DNA from: Clostridia bacterium
Lineage (GTDB): Bacteria > Bacillota > Clostridia > Christensenellales > Borkfalkiaceae
NCBI GenBank assembly: GCA_017625565.1
Contig: JAGAKN010000015.1
Span: 6,005 to 70,004, forward strand
Direction: 5' to 3'
DNA: 64,000 bases
This document shows positions 49,322 to 58,486 of the stretch, in pieces (position 1 is the stretch's first letter; each line of letters opens with the position of its first letter). The translations under genes and the position numbers were made by a program. Under the pieces are notes generated by a model, which worked only from the letters and a program-made list of their open reading frames with translations, was not told where the DNA came from and ran no database searches.

Positions 49322-51004
49322 TTAAGGCAGTTTCGGCGTCACCAAAACCGTCTTGTAATCGGTGTACACCACAAACCCCGCTTTGCTTTTGTTTGGCTTT
49401 TTGACGTACTTGCGCTTGCAATAATCCACGGGAATTTTATCCCCGTCCCGCCCATCCGAATAATAGGCGCAAATTTGCGCGGCAACTTCCAACGTTTCGT
49501 CGGAAACACGCTTTCCATCTGTTGCGATAATCACGTGCGAAGAATGGTATTTTTGCGTGTGCAACCACAAATCTTCGGGGGACGCCGACCGCAACAACCG
49601 ATCGTTTTGCAAATTGTTCCGCCCTGCGTAAATTTTCATACCGCCGTGCGTAAACTCCCGAAAAGGAACGGGCTCGTCCTTCCTTTTTACTCCCGCGCGG
49701 AGCTTGGGCGCGCGCAACAACCCCATTTCGATTAACTCCATTGACAATTCCTGAATATCTTCTTTCGTTTCAGCCGTAAAAATCGCCGAAAGCACGCTGT
49801 CCGTGTACTCGATTTCCGCCCGTTCTTGTTCAAGCATCGGCGTCAAAACTTCTTTCGTGCGCTTTTGTTTGTTGTACGCTTTAAAATACCTCTGCGCGTT
49901 TTTCGACGGGGAGAGCGTTTCGTCCAAAGCAATCTTTACCGTACCGCCGTCGGGGGAGTACCAATTTTCTAGCTCCACGCAAGTCGCTCCCTTTTCGATG
50001 CGGTACAAATTCGCCGTCAAAAGCTCGCCTTTGATACGATATTCATCCGCCTTTTCCGACTCCTGCAAGCGCTCCAGCGTCGTTTGTAGTTTTTTTGCCT
50101 GTTTTTTCTTTAACGCGCGAACGGAGTTCTCTAATTTCCGTTTTTGATCGTCGAAACCCTTCTTGCTTTCCCGACGGAAAAAGTACTCGTCTTCCGCCCG
50201 ACAAAGCGACGGCATTTCTACGCCGTTTGGAACGGGGAACGCGAAAAAGTCGACAGGGATTCCCTTTTTATCGTAAGTCACGCAAGGGGAGTTCGGCTCG
50301 TCCAAACAAAACGCGCCGACAAATTCCCAGAGCGGTTTGTCTTGGGTTTTTACCCGTTCCGCAATATGCCTAGTGGTAGAAAGCGCAAGCCCGGAAACGT
50401 TGTTAAACAAGAAATTTGCAACGTCCTCCGCCTCCGTGTTTTTGCGGTTTTTTAGAAAGTTTTCATAGCGTGAACGCATACCTGCCCCGTCGAAAGGCGA
50501 AATTTTATCCTGTGGATCGGGATAGACGTACTTCGCCCCGGCAAGCAACACTCGGCGGGTATTATCTTCCAAAGCGCCCGTTTTTAACGCACCCAAAATC
50601 ACGTCGTTTTCCGTCAATAACACGTTGGAATATTTCCCCATCAACTCGCACCGTAATACGCGGATACTTTGGGAAAAATCCGTCGTACAATGCAGGGAAA
50701 TTTCGATAATCCGCTCGAACCCGTGTTGACGGACGTCTAAAATTTCCGCTCCCTGCAAATGTTTTCTTAAGAGCATGCAAAAATTCGGGGCGACAGGCGC
50801 AGGCTCTTTCTCCGTTTGCGCAAGGCAAACCCGCGCGCCCGAAGCGGATGCGCTAATGACGAGTTTTACCGTCGTTTTTCCCGTGTAGATAATAAACGTA
50901 AGCTCGTCCTTATTGACTTGGGAAATACGGTTGATTTTTCCACCCACTAAAAAAGCGTGTAGCTCCTTTGTCAGGCGTCGGATATGAAAAGCGTCCTGTG
51001 GCAT
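49322..51004 (-). CDS. rqcH: RqcH / FbpA (NFACT-family ribosome quality-control protein)
   Basis: Start at the ATG 51004 (AAGGAA RBS): MPQDAFHIRRLTKELH... NFACT-N and NFACT-R domains, coiled coil, about 560 aa. Confidence 0.85.
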   Translation of the reverse strand: MPQDAFHIRRLTKELHAFLVGGKINRISQVNKDELTFIIYTGKTTVKLVISASASGARVCLAQTEKEPAPVAPNFCMLLRKHLQGAEILDVRQHGFERIIEISLHCTTDFSQSIRVLRCELMGKYSNVLLTENDVILGALKTGALEDNTRRVLLAGAKYVYPDPQDKISPFDGAGMRSRYENFLKNRKNTEAEDVANFLFNNVSGLALSTTRHIAERVKTQDKPLWEFVGAFCLDEPNSPCVTYDKKGIPVDFFAFPVPNGVEMPSLCRAEDEYFFRRESKKGFDDQKRKLENSVRALKKKQAKKLQTTLERLQESEKADEYRIKGELLTANLYRIEKGATCVELENWYSPDGGTVKIALDETLSPSKNAQRYFKAYNKQKRTKEVLTPMLEQERAEIEYTDSVLSAIFTAETKEDIQELSMELIEMGLLRAPKLRAGVKRKDEPVPFREFTHGGMKIYAGRNNLQNDRLLRSASPEDLWLHTQKYHSSHVIIATDGKRVSDETLEVAAQICAYYSDGRDGDKIPVDYCKRKYVKKPNKSKAGFVVYTDYKTVLVTPKLP

Positions 51005-51237
51005 AACAGTTCCTTTATTTTCGCGTGTCGAAAGCTGATAAAAAAGCGAAAAACTTCTTTCTTTTTTTAAATTATACCGCAAATTTTCGAAATTGTAAAT
51101 AAAAACGATAGAAAAACGCTTTATTTTCTTTGACAAATATGCTAAAATGTTAGACGTAGCTACGCGTTCGTATACGCGTGCGTTATATAATATGGTAAAG
51201 AAAAGAAATTAATTAGCAATAGCAGGAGAAATTAGTT

Positions 51238-52536
51238 ATGAAGTACACTACCAAAGCATCGGCAAAAAGTACGGTAAAAATCACCATCAAGTTCGACGGT
51301 GAAGAATGGAAAGCAGCGCAAACGAAAGCGTATTTGAAAACGAGAAGTCGTTTTGCAATCAACGGTTTCCGTAAAGGCAAAGCTCCCAAAAACGTTATCG
51401 AACACGTTTACGGCAAAGGCGTATTCTATGAAGACGCGCTCAACCTTCTCTTCTCGGAAAACTACAATACCATTCTCGACAAGGAAGAAAAGAAGTTTAT
51501 CGCAGTTGGCGAACCCGAAGTTTCGGTGGATAAACTCGAAGACGACGGCGTGACGCTCGTAGCAGTCACCCCTGTAAAACCCGAAGTGAAGATTTCCGCT
51601 TATACGGGTATGAAAATTAAGGAATTTGCGTATACTGTTAAGGACGAAGAAGTTGCAGAAGAAGTCAACCGCCTTTTGGAACGCAACGCACGCAAAGTGC
51701 CCGTGGAAGACAGAGCGGCACAAAACGGCGATATCGCAAATATCGATTTCGTTGGCTCGGTCGACGGCGTGAAGTTCGACGGTGGCGAAGCGCACGGGTT
51801 CGATCTTACGCTCGGTAGCGGACAATTTATTCCCGGTTTTGAAGAACAAGTCGTTGGTATGCAAATCGGCGAAGAAAAAGACGTCAACGTTTCCTTCCCT
51901 GAAAACTACCAAGCAGAAGATTTGAAGGGTAAACCGGCTGTATTTGCGGTAAAACTCAACGCGCTCCAAGCGAAAGAGCTCCCCGAACTTACGGACGAAT
52001 TCATCAAGGAAGCAACGGGTAGCGAAACGGTAGAAGCGTACAAGGAAAAGACGAAAGAACGCCTTGCGCAAATGGCGAAACGTCGCGCGAACGACGCTAC
52101 GGAAAACAGCATTCTCGAAGCGGTTGCTGCGAATGCGGAAGCGGAAATTCCCCAAGCGATGATCGAAAGAGAAATCGACGGTTTGGTACAAAAATTCGAA
52201 TATCAATTAATGTATCAAGGCATGAAATTGCAAGACTATCTCGATTTCTTGAAAACGACGATGGCGGATTTCAGAAAGAATTACGAAGAACAAGCAAAGA
52301 AGAACGTTTTAAATCAATTAATTATTTCGCAACTTATTAAAGACGAAAAGATCGAAGCGACGGAAGAAGAAGTCGAAGCGAGAGTTGCTGAACAAGCAAC
52401 GTCCGTAAGCAAGACGACGGAAGAATATAAAAAGAATATGGATCCCCGTCAATTCGACTATATCCGCAACGATATCATCATTACGAAGTTGTTTGATTTC
52501 TTGAAAGCGAACAACGAAATGTACGTGGAAGAATAA
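51238..52536 (+). CDS. tig: Trigger factor
   Basis: 432 aa. GFRKGKAP ribosome-binding motif and an FKBP PPIase domain. Confidence 0.95.
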   Translation: MKYTTKASAKSTVKITIKFDGEEWKAAQTKAYLKTRSRFAINGFRKGKAPKNVIEHVYGKGVFYEDALNLLFSENYNTILDKEEKKFIAVGEPEVSVDKLEDDGVTLVAVTPVKPEVKISAYTGMKIKEFAYTVKDEEVAEEVNRLLERNARKVPVEDRAAQNGDIANIDFVGSVDGVKFDGGEAHGFDLTLGSGQFIPGFEEQVVGMQIGEEKDVNVSFPENYQAEDLKGKPAVFAVKLNALQAKELPELTDEFIKEATGSETVEAYKEKTKERLAQMAKRRANDATENSILEAVAANAEAEIPQAMIEREIDGLVQKFEYQLMYQGMKLQDYLDFLKTTMADFRKNYEEQAKKNVLNQLIISQLIKDEKIEATEEEVEARVAEQATSVSKTTEEYKKNMDPRQFDYIRNDIIITKLFDFLKANNEMYVEE

Positions 52537-52550
52537 TTTGTTTCGAAAGT

Positions 52551-52574
52551 ACGCCACCGTAAAATCGGTGGCGT
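52551..52574 (+). terminator. Stem-loop between tig and clpP (no U-tract)
   Basis: ACGCCACCG / CGGTGGCGT stem with no following T-run. Confidence 0.35.
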
Positions 52575-52595
52575 CACTATCCCAAGGAGTTTTTT

Positions 52596-53186
52596 ATGGA
52601 AAAGAACGTTTTAATCCCCTACGTCGTAGAACGTACTTCGTCGGGAGAGCGCACTTACGATTTGTATTCCCGCTTACTCGACGATCGAATCATCTTTTTG
52701 AGTGGGGAAATTAACGACGCGGTCGCAAATACCGTCGTTGCGCAACTTATTTATTTGGAAGGGAAAGACCCTACGAAAGATATCAGTTTGTATATCAACT
52801 CCCCCGGCGGTTCGGTTTCCGCTGGTATGGCGATCTACGACACGATGAATTATATCAAATGCGACGTTTCGACGATTTGTATCGGTTTGGCTGCGTCCAT
52901 GGGCGCGTTTCTTTTGTCGAGTGGCGCGCGCGGTAAGCGTTTTGCATTACCCAACTCCGAGATCATGATCCATCAACCTTTGGGCGGAGCGCAAGGGCAA
53001 GCCAGCGATATTAAAATCCAAGCGGAGCACATTTTGCGCACGAAAGCAAAACTCAATCGCATTCTTTCGGAAAACACCGGTAAAGAAATCGGCGTGATCG
53101 AACGGGATACGGATAGAGATTATTATATGTCCGCCGAAGAAGCGCGCGTATACGGTTTGATCGATAAAGTATTTTTAAAACGCTAA
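52596..53186 (+). CDS. clpP: ATP-dependent Clp protease proteolytic subunit
   Basis: 196 aa. Catalytic GLAASMG and HQP motifs. Confidence 0.97.
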   Translation: MEKNVLIPYVVERTSSGERTYDLYSRLLDDRIIFLSGEINDAVANTVVAQLIYLEGKDPTKDISLYINSPGGSVSAGMAIYDTMNYIKCDVSTICIGLAASMGAFLLSSGARGKRFALPNSEIMIHQPLGGAQGQASDIKIQAEHILRTKAKLNRILSENTGKEIGVIERDTDRDYYMSAEEARVYGLIDKVFLKR

Positions 53187-53381
53187 TCACCGTAATTAGA
53201 AAAGTTTTTCGCGCAGAACCCTTTCGGTTTTGCGCGCTCATTTTCCTTGAATATCCCGTTTCTTTTATGAAAATCAACGGGGCAGGTATGTGATGAAGGG
53301 TTTTTGGGAATACTCTTTTTGGTATTCACAAACCTTGTATATTTCGCATACAATTTTATAGAAAAATAACGGAGTAAAACT

Positions 53382-54620
53382 ATGTCCAATAAAAATCAAC
53401 ATTGTTCCTTTTGCGGAAAACCCAAAGAAGAAACCCGTCGTTTGATTTCAAGCCCTGACGGCGCTTGTATTTGCGACGAGTGTGTGGAAATTTGTAAGTC
53501 AATGGTAGACGAATGGGTGGACGAAAAGGAAACACAATCGGAAGTTCCTTTAAAAAAACCTGCGGAAATTAAAGCGGAACTCGATCAGTATATCGTCGGG
53601 CAAGACAAGGCAAAGCGCGTCCTTTCGGTTGCCGTTTATAACCATTATAAGCGCATTAACGCAACGGCAGATAAAAAGAAAAACGACGACGGCGTAGAAA
53701 TTGAAAAGAGCAACGTTCTTTTACTTGGACCTACAGGGAGTGGGAAAACTTTGCTTGCGCGGACGCTTGCGAAAATTTTAAACGTACCCTTTGCTACTTC
53801 CGACGCCACGACGCTCACCGAAGCAGGCTACGTTGGGGAAGACGTAGAGAATATTCTTTTGAAACTCATTCAAAACGCCGATTACGATATCAACCGTGCG
53901 CAACGTGGAATTATTTATATTGACGAAATCGATAAGATTGCGAGAAAGAGTGAAAACGTTTCGATTACGCGCGACGTTTCCGGGGAAGGCGTTCAGCAAG
54001 CGCTTTTAAAAATTATTGAAAGCACGACGGCAAACGTTCCACCCCAAGGCGGAAGAAAACATCCTAACCAAGAATATTTGCGCATTGATACTACGAATAT
54101 TTTGTTTATTTGCGGTGGCGCGTTCGTGGGACTTGATAAAATCGTATCTTCAAGAAAGGACGATACGACTCTTGGATTCGGCGGAAAAGTACGTTTGGGT
54201 GCAAACGAAGCGGATTATTCCGTTTTAGAAGACGTAAAACCCCAAGATCTTACCAAGTTTGGATTAATTCCGGAATTTGTCGGAAGAATTCCCATCGTCG
54301 TGAATTTAGATCCGTTGGGAGAAGACGCTTTGGTAAAAATTTTGACCGAGCCGAAAAACGCGATAATCAAACAATATCAAAAGCTCGTCGGATTTGACGG
54401 AGTAAAACTGACGGTACAAGACGACGCTGTTCGGGAAATCGCGCAAACGGCAATCCGTTTAAAAACAGGCGCGCGCGGACTTCGGACGATTATCGAAAAC
54501 GTAATGACGGACGTTATGTATAAAATTCCATCTGAAGAAAATATTGAAGAAGTGGTTATTACAAAGGAATGTTTAACCAACGGGGAAAATCCCCTGCTAA
54601 TTTATAAGAAAGCAAGTTGA
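53382..54620 (+). CDS. clpX: ATP-dependent Clp protease ATP-binding subunit ClpX
   Basis: 412 aa. Zinc ribbon CSFCGK...CDEC and Walker A GPTGSGKT. Confidence 0.97.
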   Translation: MSNKNQHCSFCGKPKEETRRLISSPDGACICDECVEICKSMVDEWVDEKETQSEVPLKKPAEIKAELDQYIVGQDKAKRVLSVAVYNHYKRINATADKKKNDDGVEIEKSNVLLLGPTGSGKTLLARTLAKILNVPFATSDATTLTEAGYVGEDVENILLKLIQNADYDINRAQRGIIYIDEIDKIARKSENVSITRDVSGEGVQQALLKIIESTTANVPPQGGRKHPNQEYLRIDTTNILFICGGAFVGLDKIVSSRKDDTTLGFGGKVRLGANEADYSVLEDVKPQDLTKFGLIPEFVGRIPIVVNLDPLGEDALVKILTEPKNAIIKQYQKLVGFDGVKLTVQDDAVREIAQTAIRLKTGARGLRTIIENVMTDVMYKIPSEENIEEVVITKECLTNGENPLLIYKKAS

Positions 54621-54625
54621 TTTAG

Positions 54626-54654
54626 AAAGCCTTACTTTTAGTAAGGCTTTTTTA
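54626..54654 (+). terminator. Rho-independent terminator after clpX
   Basis: AAAGCCTTAC / GTAAGGCTTT stem followed by a T-run. Confidence 0.85.
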
Positions 54655-54664
54655 TTTCCTTTCA

Positions 54665-54693
54665 TTGACAAAACTTTTAAGAAGTGTTATAAT
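54665..54693 (+). promoter_or_regulatory. Consensus sigma-A promoter ending 6 nt upstream of the ATG at 54700
   Basis: TTGACA, 17 nt spacer, TATAAT (perfect). Confidence 0.7.
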
Positions 54694-54699
54694 TTTCCT

Positions 54700-55191
54700 A
54701 TGGAACAAATTTCTTTTTTAGAAGAAAAATTACCGATGACGGCGTGCGTATTTACCGGACACCGAGAATTAGAGAAGGATTTTTCTTTAAAAAAATTAAA
54801 ATATTTAACGGAAACCCTTATTTTAAAAGGAGTTTCCTCCTTTTACTGTGGCATGGCAGAAGGTTTTGATTTATTCGCGTCGAAAACGGTAATTTCTTTA
54901 AAAAAGAAATATCCACATATTCAGTTGATTGCTTGTATTCCTTGCCTTAACCAAGAAAAATATTTTTCTTCTGTAAATAAAAAACTCTACGTAAAAACGT
55001 TATCCTCTTGCGACGAAAAAGTGCTCCTATCTCCGTCTTATCATAAAGGCTGTATGTTAAATAGAAATAAATATATGGTCGATCATTGTGATTGTATGAT
55101 TGCGTATTGCAAAAAGGATACAGGTGGAACAGCTTTTACCGTGAAATATTTCCAAAAAACAAAAAACAAAACGAATATCTTCTTCCTATAA
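54700..55191 (+). CDS. DUF1273 / YpsA-like SLOG-family protein
   Basis: 163 aa. FTGHR, GMAEGFD and TGGT motifs resemble the YpsA/SLOG family. An alternative start at Met13 (54736) aligns better with family N-termini. AT-rich and uses many TTA codons. Confidence 0.65.
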   Translation: MEQISFLEEKLPMTACVFTGHRELEKDFSLKKLKYLTETLILKGVSSFYCGMAEGFDLFASKTVISLKKKYPHIQLIACIPCLNQEKYFSSVNKKLYVKTLSSCDEKVLLSPSYHKGCMLNRNKYMVDHCDCMIAYCKKDTGGTAFTVKYFQKTKNKTNIFFL

Positions 55192-55200
55192 TCCCCGTTA

Positions 55201-55480
55201 CTTAAATATATTTATATAAATAAAAATAGTAGTATTAGTAGTAGTGTGGGTGGAAAAGTGGACAACCCTTAAAAATAAAAAATAAAGCCCTTTTAATTAA
55301 AGAAATTTTTAGAAAAAATCGTTGTGTAGAACTTCCCTTTTTTTAGTGGATATTATTGTGAATAGTTTGTGGAATTGTGTATAGTAAAAAATTTAAAATT
55401 TTATATTTATAAAAAAGTAAATAATAAAAATACAAAATGAAAACAGTCCACAAACGTTGTTAACATTGTGGATAAACGTG
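55201..55480. other. oriC-like region: AT-rich tract, DnaA-trio run, GC cluster, DnaA boxes, a second 60-bp AT tract
   Basis: - 55201-55226 is 25/26 A/T.
- 55227-55244 reads TAG TAG TAT TAG TAG TAG.
- 55245-55253 is TGTGGGTGG.
- Degenerate boxes lie at 55257, 55323, 55345, 55357, 55368 and 55377.
- 55381-55440 is 56/60 A/T.
- A perfect TGTGGATAA lies at 55467-55475. Confidence 0.75.
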
Positions 55481-55534
55481 TTGTTTATAGAAAGTGAAAT
55501 TCTTTATAAAGCGTAAAAAAATTAGGAAATAAAT

Positions 55535-56206
55535 ATGATTAAAGAACAATTAATTAAAGAAAAAAAAGAATATTTCGATGCGTTTAGGGCGTTGATTTTA
55601 GAATATAATAAGCGGTTTAATTTAACGACGATTTTGGATGAAAAAGATATGTATTATAAGCATTTTCTCGATAGCGTTGCCGGGATAGAGTGCTTTGAAA
55701 AAAATACGAAAGTTGCAGAAGTAGGTTCAGGCGCAGGGTTTCCTTCCATCGCATTAAAAATTGTTGAACCGAGTTTAGAATTTTCCCTTTTTGAAAGTGT
55801 AGGAAAAAAATGCGAATTTTTGCACGTTGTTGTGGATAAACTTGGATTAAAAGGAATGTATATTTATAACATGCGTGCAGAAGACGCATTAAAGGAAAAC
55901 ATACATAGAGAACAGTACGATTACGTGACAGCGCGGGCAGTTGCTCGTATGAATACGTTGACGGAATACTGTTTGCCTTTTGTAAAGGTGGGCGGAAGGT
56001 TTATTGCATATAAAAGCGGTGAAAAAGAAGAGATTGACGAAGCAAAAACCGCCTATAAAACGTTGGGCGGAACGTTGGAAAAAATTTACGAGTACGAATT
56101 GCCTGAAAATTACGGAAAAAGGATTATTGCCGTTGTAAAAAAGGTAAAAAATACGCCTTTGCAATATCCGCGCGGACAAGGAAAAGAGCGAAAACAACCA
56201 CTTTGA
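55535..56206 (+). CDS. rsmG: 16S rRNA (guanine527-N7) methyltransferase RsmG (GidB)
   Basis: 223 aa. SAM motif VGSGAGFP and family-typical length. Contains an internal perfect DnaA box at 55831-55839. Confidence 0.9.
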   Translation: MIKEQLIKEKKEYFDAFRALILEYNKRFNLTTILDEKDMYYKHFLDSVAGIECFEKNTKVAEVGSGAGFPSIALKIVEPSLEFSLFESVGKKCEFLHVVVDKLGLKGMYIYNMRAEDALKENIHREQYDYVTARAVARMNTLTEYCLPFVKVGGRFIAYKSGEKEEIDEAKTAYKTLGGTLEKIYEYELPENYGKRIIAVVKKVKNTPLQYPRGQGKERKQPL

Positions 56207-56257
56207 AAAAATTCCGCGCAAAACGTGGATAAAATGTGTTAAAAACAACGTTTTTAC

Positions 56258-56286
56258 TTGCAAAAAAAAGCAATTTATAGTACAAT
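56258..56286 (+). promoter_or_regulatory. Candidate dnaN promoter with an upstream DnaA-box-like site
   Basis: TTGCAA, 17 nt spacer, TACAAT. CGTGGATAA (1 mismatch) lies at 56224-56232. Confidence 0.5.
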
Positions 56287-56327
56287 GAAAAGGAAGAAAA
56301 AAGAAAGTTTATAAGGAGAGAAAATTT

Positions 56328-57446
56328 ATGAAATTTGTTTGCGACGGAATGGTGCTTTCGGATGCCGCTACGACGGTAAGTAAGGCTTGCGCGGTAAAGA
56401 CGATCACGCCGATTATGGAATGTATCAAAATGCGTGCGGAAAACGACGGACTTATTTTGACTGCTTACGACGGTGAAATTTCCATTGAAAAGAAAATTCC
56501 TGCAGACGTTATGGAAGAAGGCGAAATTTGCGTGAAAGGAAAAACGTTTGCTGATTTCGTTGGTAAAATTTCCGCTTTTGAAGTGGTTATAAGCTCCAAC
56601 GAAAAAGGAATAAAAATTAATTACGCGGACAGCGAATCTTTTATGCAAACACTCTCTGCGGAAGATTTTCCCCGCTTAGGAAATCAACTCGGCAACAACG
56701 AACATTATTTTGAATGCAAGGAATCGGCATTGAAAAAACTCATTTCCGAAGTTGTGTTCTGTTGCGCAACCGACGAAAGTAGACCGATTTTGAAAGGTTG
56801 CTTGTTAGAAGCGAAAGACGGTGTTTTGTCGGCGTCGGCGCTGGACGGATTCCGTATGGCTTGTTCTTATTGTGAAGAGGTAGAAGGTAGCGGAAATTTA
56901 AAAATCGTTTGTCCTGCGAGAACGTTAACGGAAATTTCCCGTATGCTTGACGGCGACGAACCGTTGAAAATTTTTGCCGATAAAAACTTGTTGTCGGTAT
57001 GCGTAAAAGATACGGTGATCACGTCGAGATTGTACGCAGGAGAATTCGTTAGAAAAGAAAATATTTATCCCTTGGATTCGACGACGAAACTTACGGTAAA
57101 ACGCGCGGAAATGATCGATAGCGTCGAACGCGCGTCCGTACTCATTCGTGGAGATAAAAACAATTTGATTTTGCTTGATATTAAAAACGGGAAAGTCGTG
57201 ATTAATGCGAACTCCGAAATGGGCAAAATTGAAGAAACGGTTTCGGCGACGCTGGACGGGAAAGATTTGCGGATCGCGATGAACGCGAAGTATTTGTTGG
57301 ACGCGATAAAAGCTTTAGATGAAGAAACCATTAAGCTCGCATTCACGTCGGCGATTTCCCCTTTCACTTTGGAAAATGCGGAAAATCCGCGCGCGCAATA
57401 CTTAATTTTACCCGTACGTACGGGAAATTCGGGCGCAAACAACTAA
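56328..57446 (+). CDS. dnaN: DNA polymerase III beta sliding clamp
   Basis: 372 aa. Three-domain clamp pattern and a YLILPVR C-terminal motif. Confidence 0.95.
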   Translation: MKFVCDGMVLSDAATTVSKACAVKTITPIMECIKMRAENDGLILTAYDGEISIEKKIPADVMEEGEICVKGKTFADFVGKISAFEVVISSNEKGIKINYADSESFMQTLSAEDFPRLGNQLGNNEHYFECKESALKKLISEVVFCCATDESRPILKGCLLEAKDGVLSASALDGFRMACSYCEEVEGSGNLKIVCPARTLTEISRMLDGDEPLKIFADKNLLSVCVKDTVITSRLYAGEFVRKENIYPLDSTTKLTVKRAEMIDSVERASVLIRGDKNNLILLDIKNGKVVINANSEMGKIEETVSATLDGKDLRIAMNAKYLLDAIKALDEETIKLAFTSAISPFTLENAENPRAQYLILPVRTGNSGANN

Positions 57447-57474
57447 AAAAAGCGGAAAGAGCGTAGAAAATCAC

Positions 57475-57503
57475 TTGACGAGTTTGTCCGTTTGCGTTAT
57501 AAT
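57475..57503 (+). promoter_or_regulatory. Sigma-A-type promoter for rpmH-rnpA
   Basis: TTGACG, 17 nt spacer, TATAAT. Confidence 0.65.
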
Positions 57504-57579
57504 AAATGAAGTTATCGTGGGGTAGCTTGCGAAACAAAGAAAAATAAAAAATAAAAACATTTAGTTTAGGAGAAAGGAT

Positions 57580-57714
57580 ATGAAAAGAACTTACCAACCC
57601 AAAAAGAGAACGAGAAACAAAGTACACGGATTTCGTAAAAGAATGTCTACGACTGCAGGCAGAAGAGTGTTGAAAAGACGTAGAAATAAGGGTAGAAAGA
57701 GATTAACGTACTAA
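57580..57714 (+). CDS. rpmH: 50S ribosomal protein L34
   Basis: Not in the ORF track because it is under 60 aa. Own translation: [53 protein letters not shown] upstream. Confidence 0.95.
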   Translation: MKRTYQPKKRTRNKVHGFRKRMSTTAGRRVLKRRRNKGRKRLTY

Positions 57715-57737
57715 AACGAAACAAAAAAAGCAGGTAT

Positions 57738-57764
57738 TCCTTTCCTTAAATTTTAAGGAGAGGA
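57738..57764 (+). terminator. Hairpin between rpmH and rnpA (possible partial terminator)
   Basis: TCCTTTCCTTA / TAAGGAGAGGA stem (1 mismatch) followed by a T-rich sequence. Confidence 0.4.
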
Positions 57765-57821
57765 TTTGCCATTTTAACAACGGGGAAACAGGGTTTTCGT
57801 TTGTAGGTTGAACACGGATCA

Positions 57822-58139
57822 ATGAAGTATTTAAGACTGAAAAAACAAGCGGACTTTCAAAGGCTGTTTCAAAAAGGAACGCGGGCGTTTTCGTCGTCAC
57901 TGACGATGCTCTACCGTCCGTCGGAAAAGATGCGGATGGGGATTTCCATCGGTAAGAAACACGGAAAAAGCGTACGGAGAAACCGAATAAAAAGGCTTTT
58001 ACGGGAAGCGTTCCGCTCCACGCAGGGATTGATGAAAAAAAATTATTCTATCGTCTTGATCCCGAAAGTGCGGGAAGAATACGCCTTTCAAACGTTCGAA
58101 CGGCATTTAAAATGTATGATAGAAAAAGAGAATTTGTAG
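57822..58139 (+). CDS. rnpA: Ribonuclease P protein component
   Basis: 105 aa. [12 protein letters not shown] and the RNR motif [16 protein letters not shown]. Confidence 0.9.
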   Translation: MKYLRLKKQADFQRLFQKGTRAFSSSLTMLYRPSEKMRMGISIGKKHGKSVRRNRIKRLLREAFRSTQGLMKKNYSIVLIPKVREEYAFQTFERHLKCMIEKENL

Positions 58140-58156
58140 GGACGAATTTTTTCCGA

Positions 58157-58438
58157 ATGTTCACGGAAAACGCAATCTATTTGCGAAAAACGGTGTTTAA
58201 GCCGTATTTAAAAATGCTCTGTTTACGAATGATTTTGTTCTATCAACGGCATTTGTCTAAACATACTTGCCGTTATAACCCGACTTGTTCGCAGTATACG
58301 TTAGAATGTATTCATATTCACGGCCCGATTATAGGGATAGTGTTAGGCTCGTGGCGAATACTTCGGTGTAATCCCTGGTCGAAAGGCGGATACGATCCCG
58401 CCCCTGAAAAGTACAGAAAAAAACGTTGGCTATTATAG
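58157..58438 (+). CDS. yidD: Membrane protein insertion efficiency factor YidD
   Basis: YQRHLS...[15 protein letters not shown]...[15 protein letters not shown] signature. The start is ambiguous: 58112, 58157 or 58214. Confidence 0.85.
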   Translation: MFTENAIYLRKTVFKPYLKMLCLRMILFYQRHLSKHTCRYNPTCSQYTLECIHIHGPIIGIVLGSWRILRCNPWSKGGYDPAPEKYRKKRWLL

Positions 58439-58486
58439 CCGAATAAACGCGTGTTGGAAGGAATTCCAGCACATAAAAGGAAAATC

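Noticed and set aside
51232-52206. 324-aa minus-strand ORF
   Set aside because: It is antisense to trigger factor. The product is Phe/Arg-rich and low-complexity.
52537-52595. CtsR operator upstream of clpP (and of clpX or lon)
   Set aside because: No GGTCAAA-N3-GGTCAAA-type heptad repeat is visible in the clpP, clpX or lon upstream regions.
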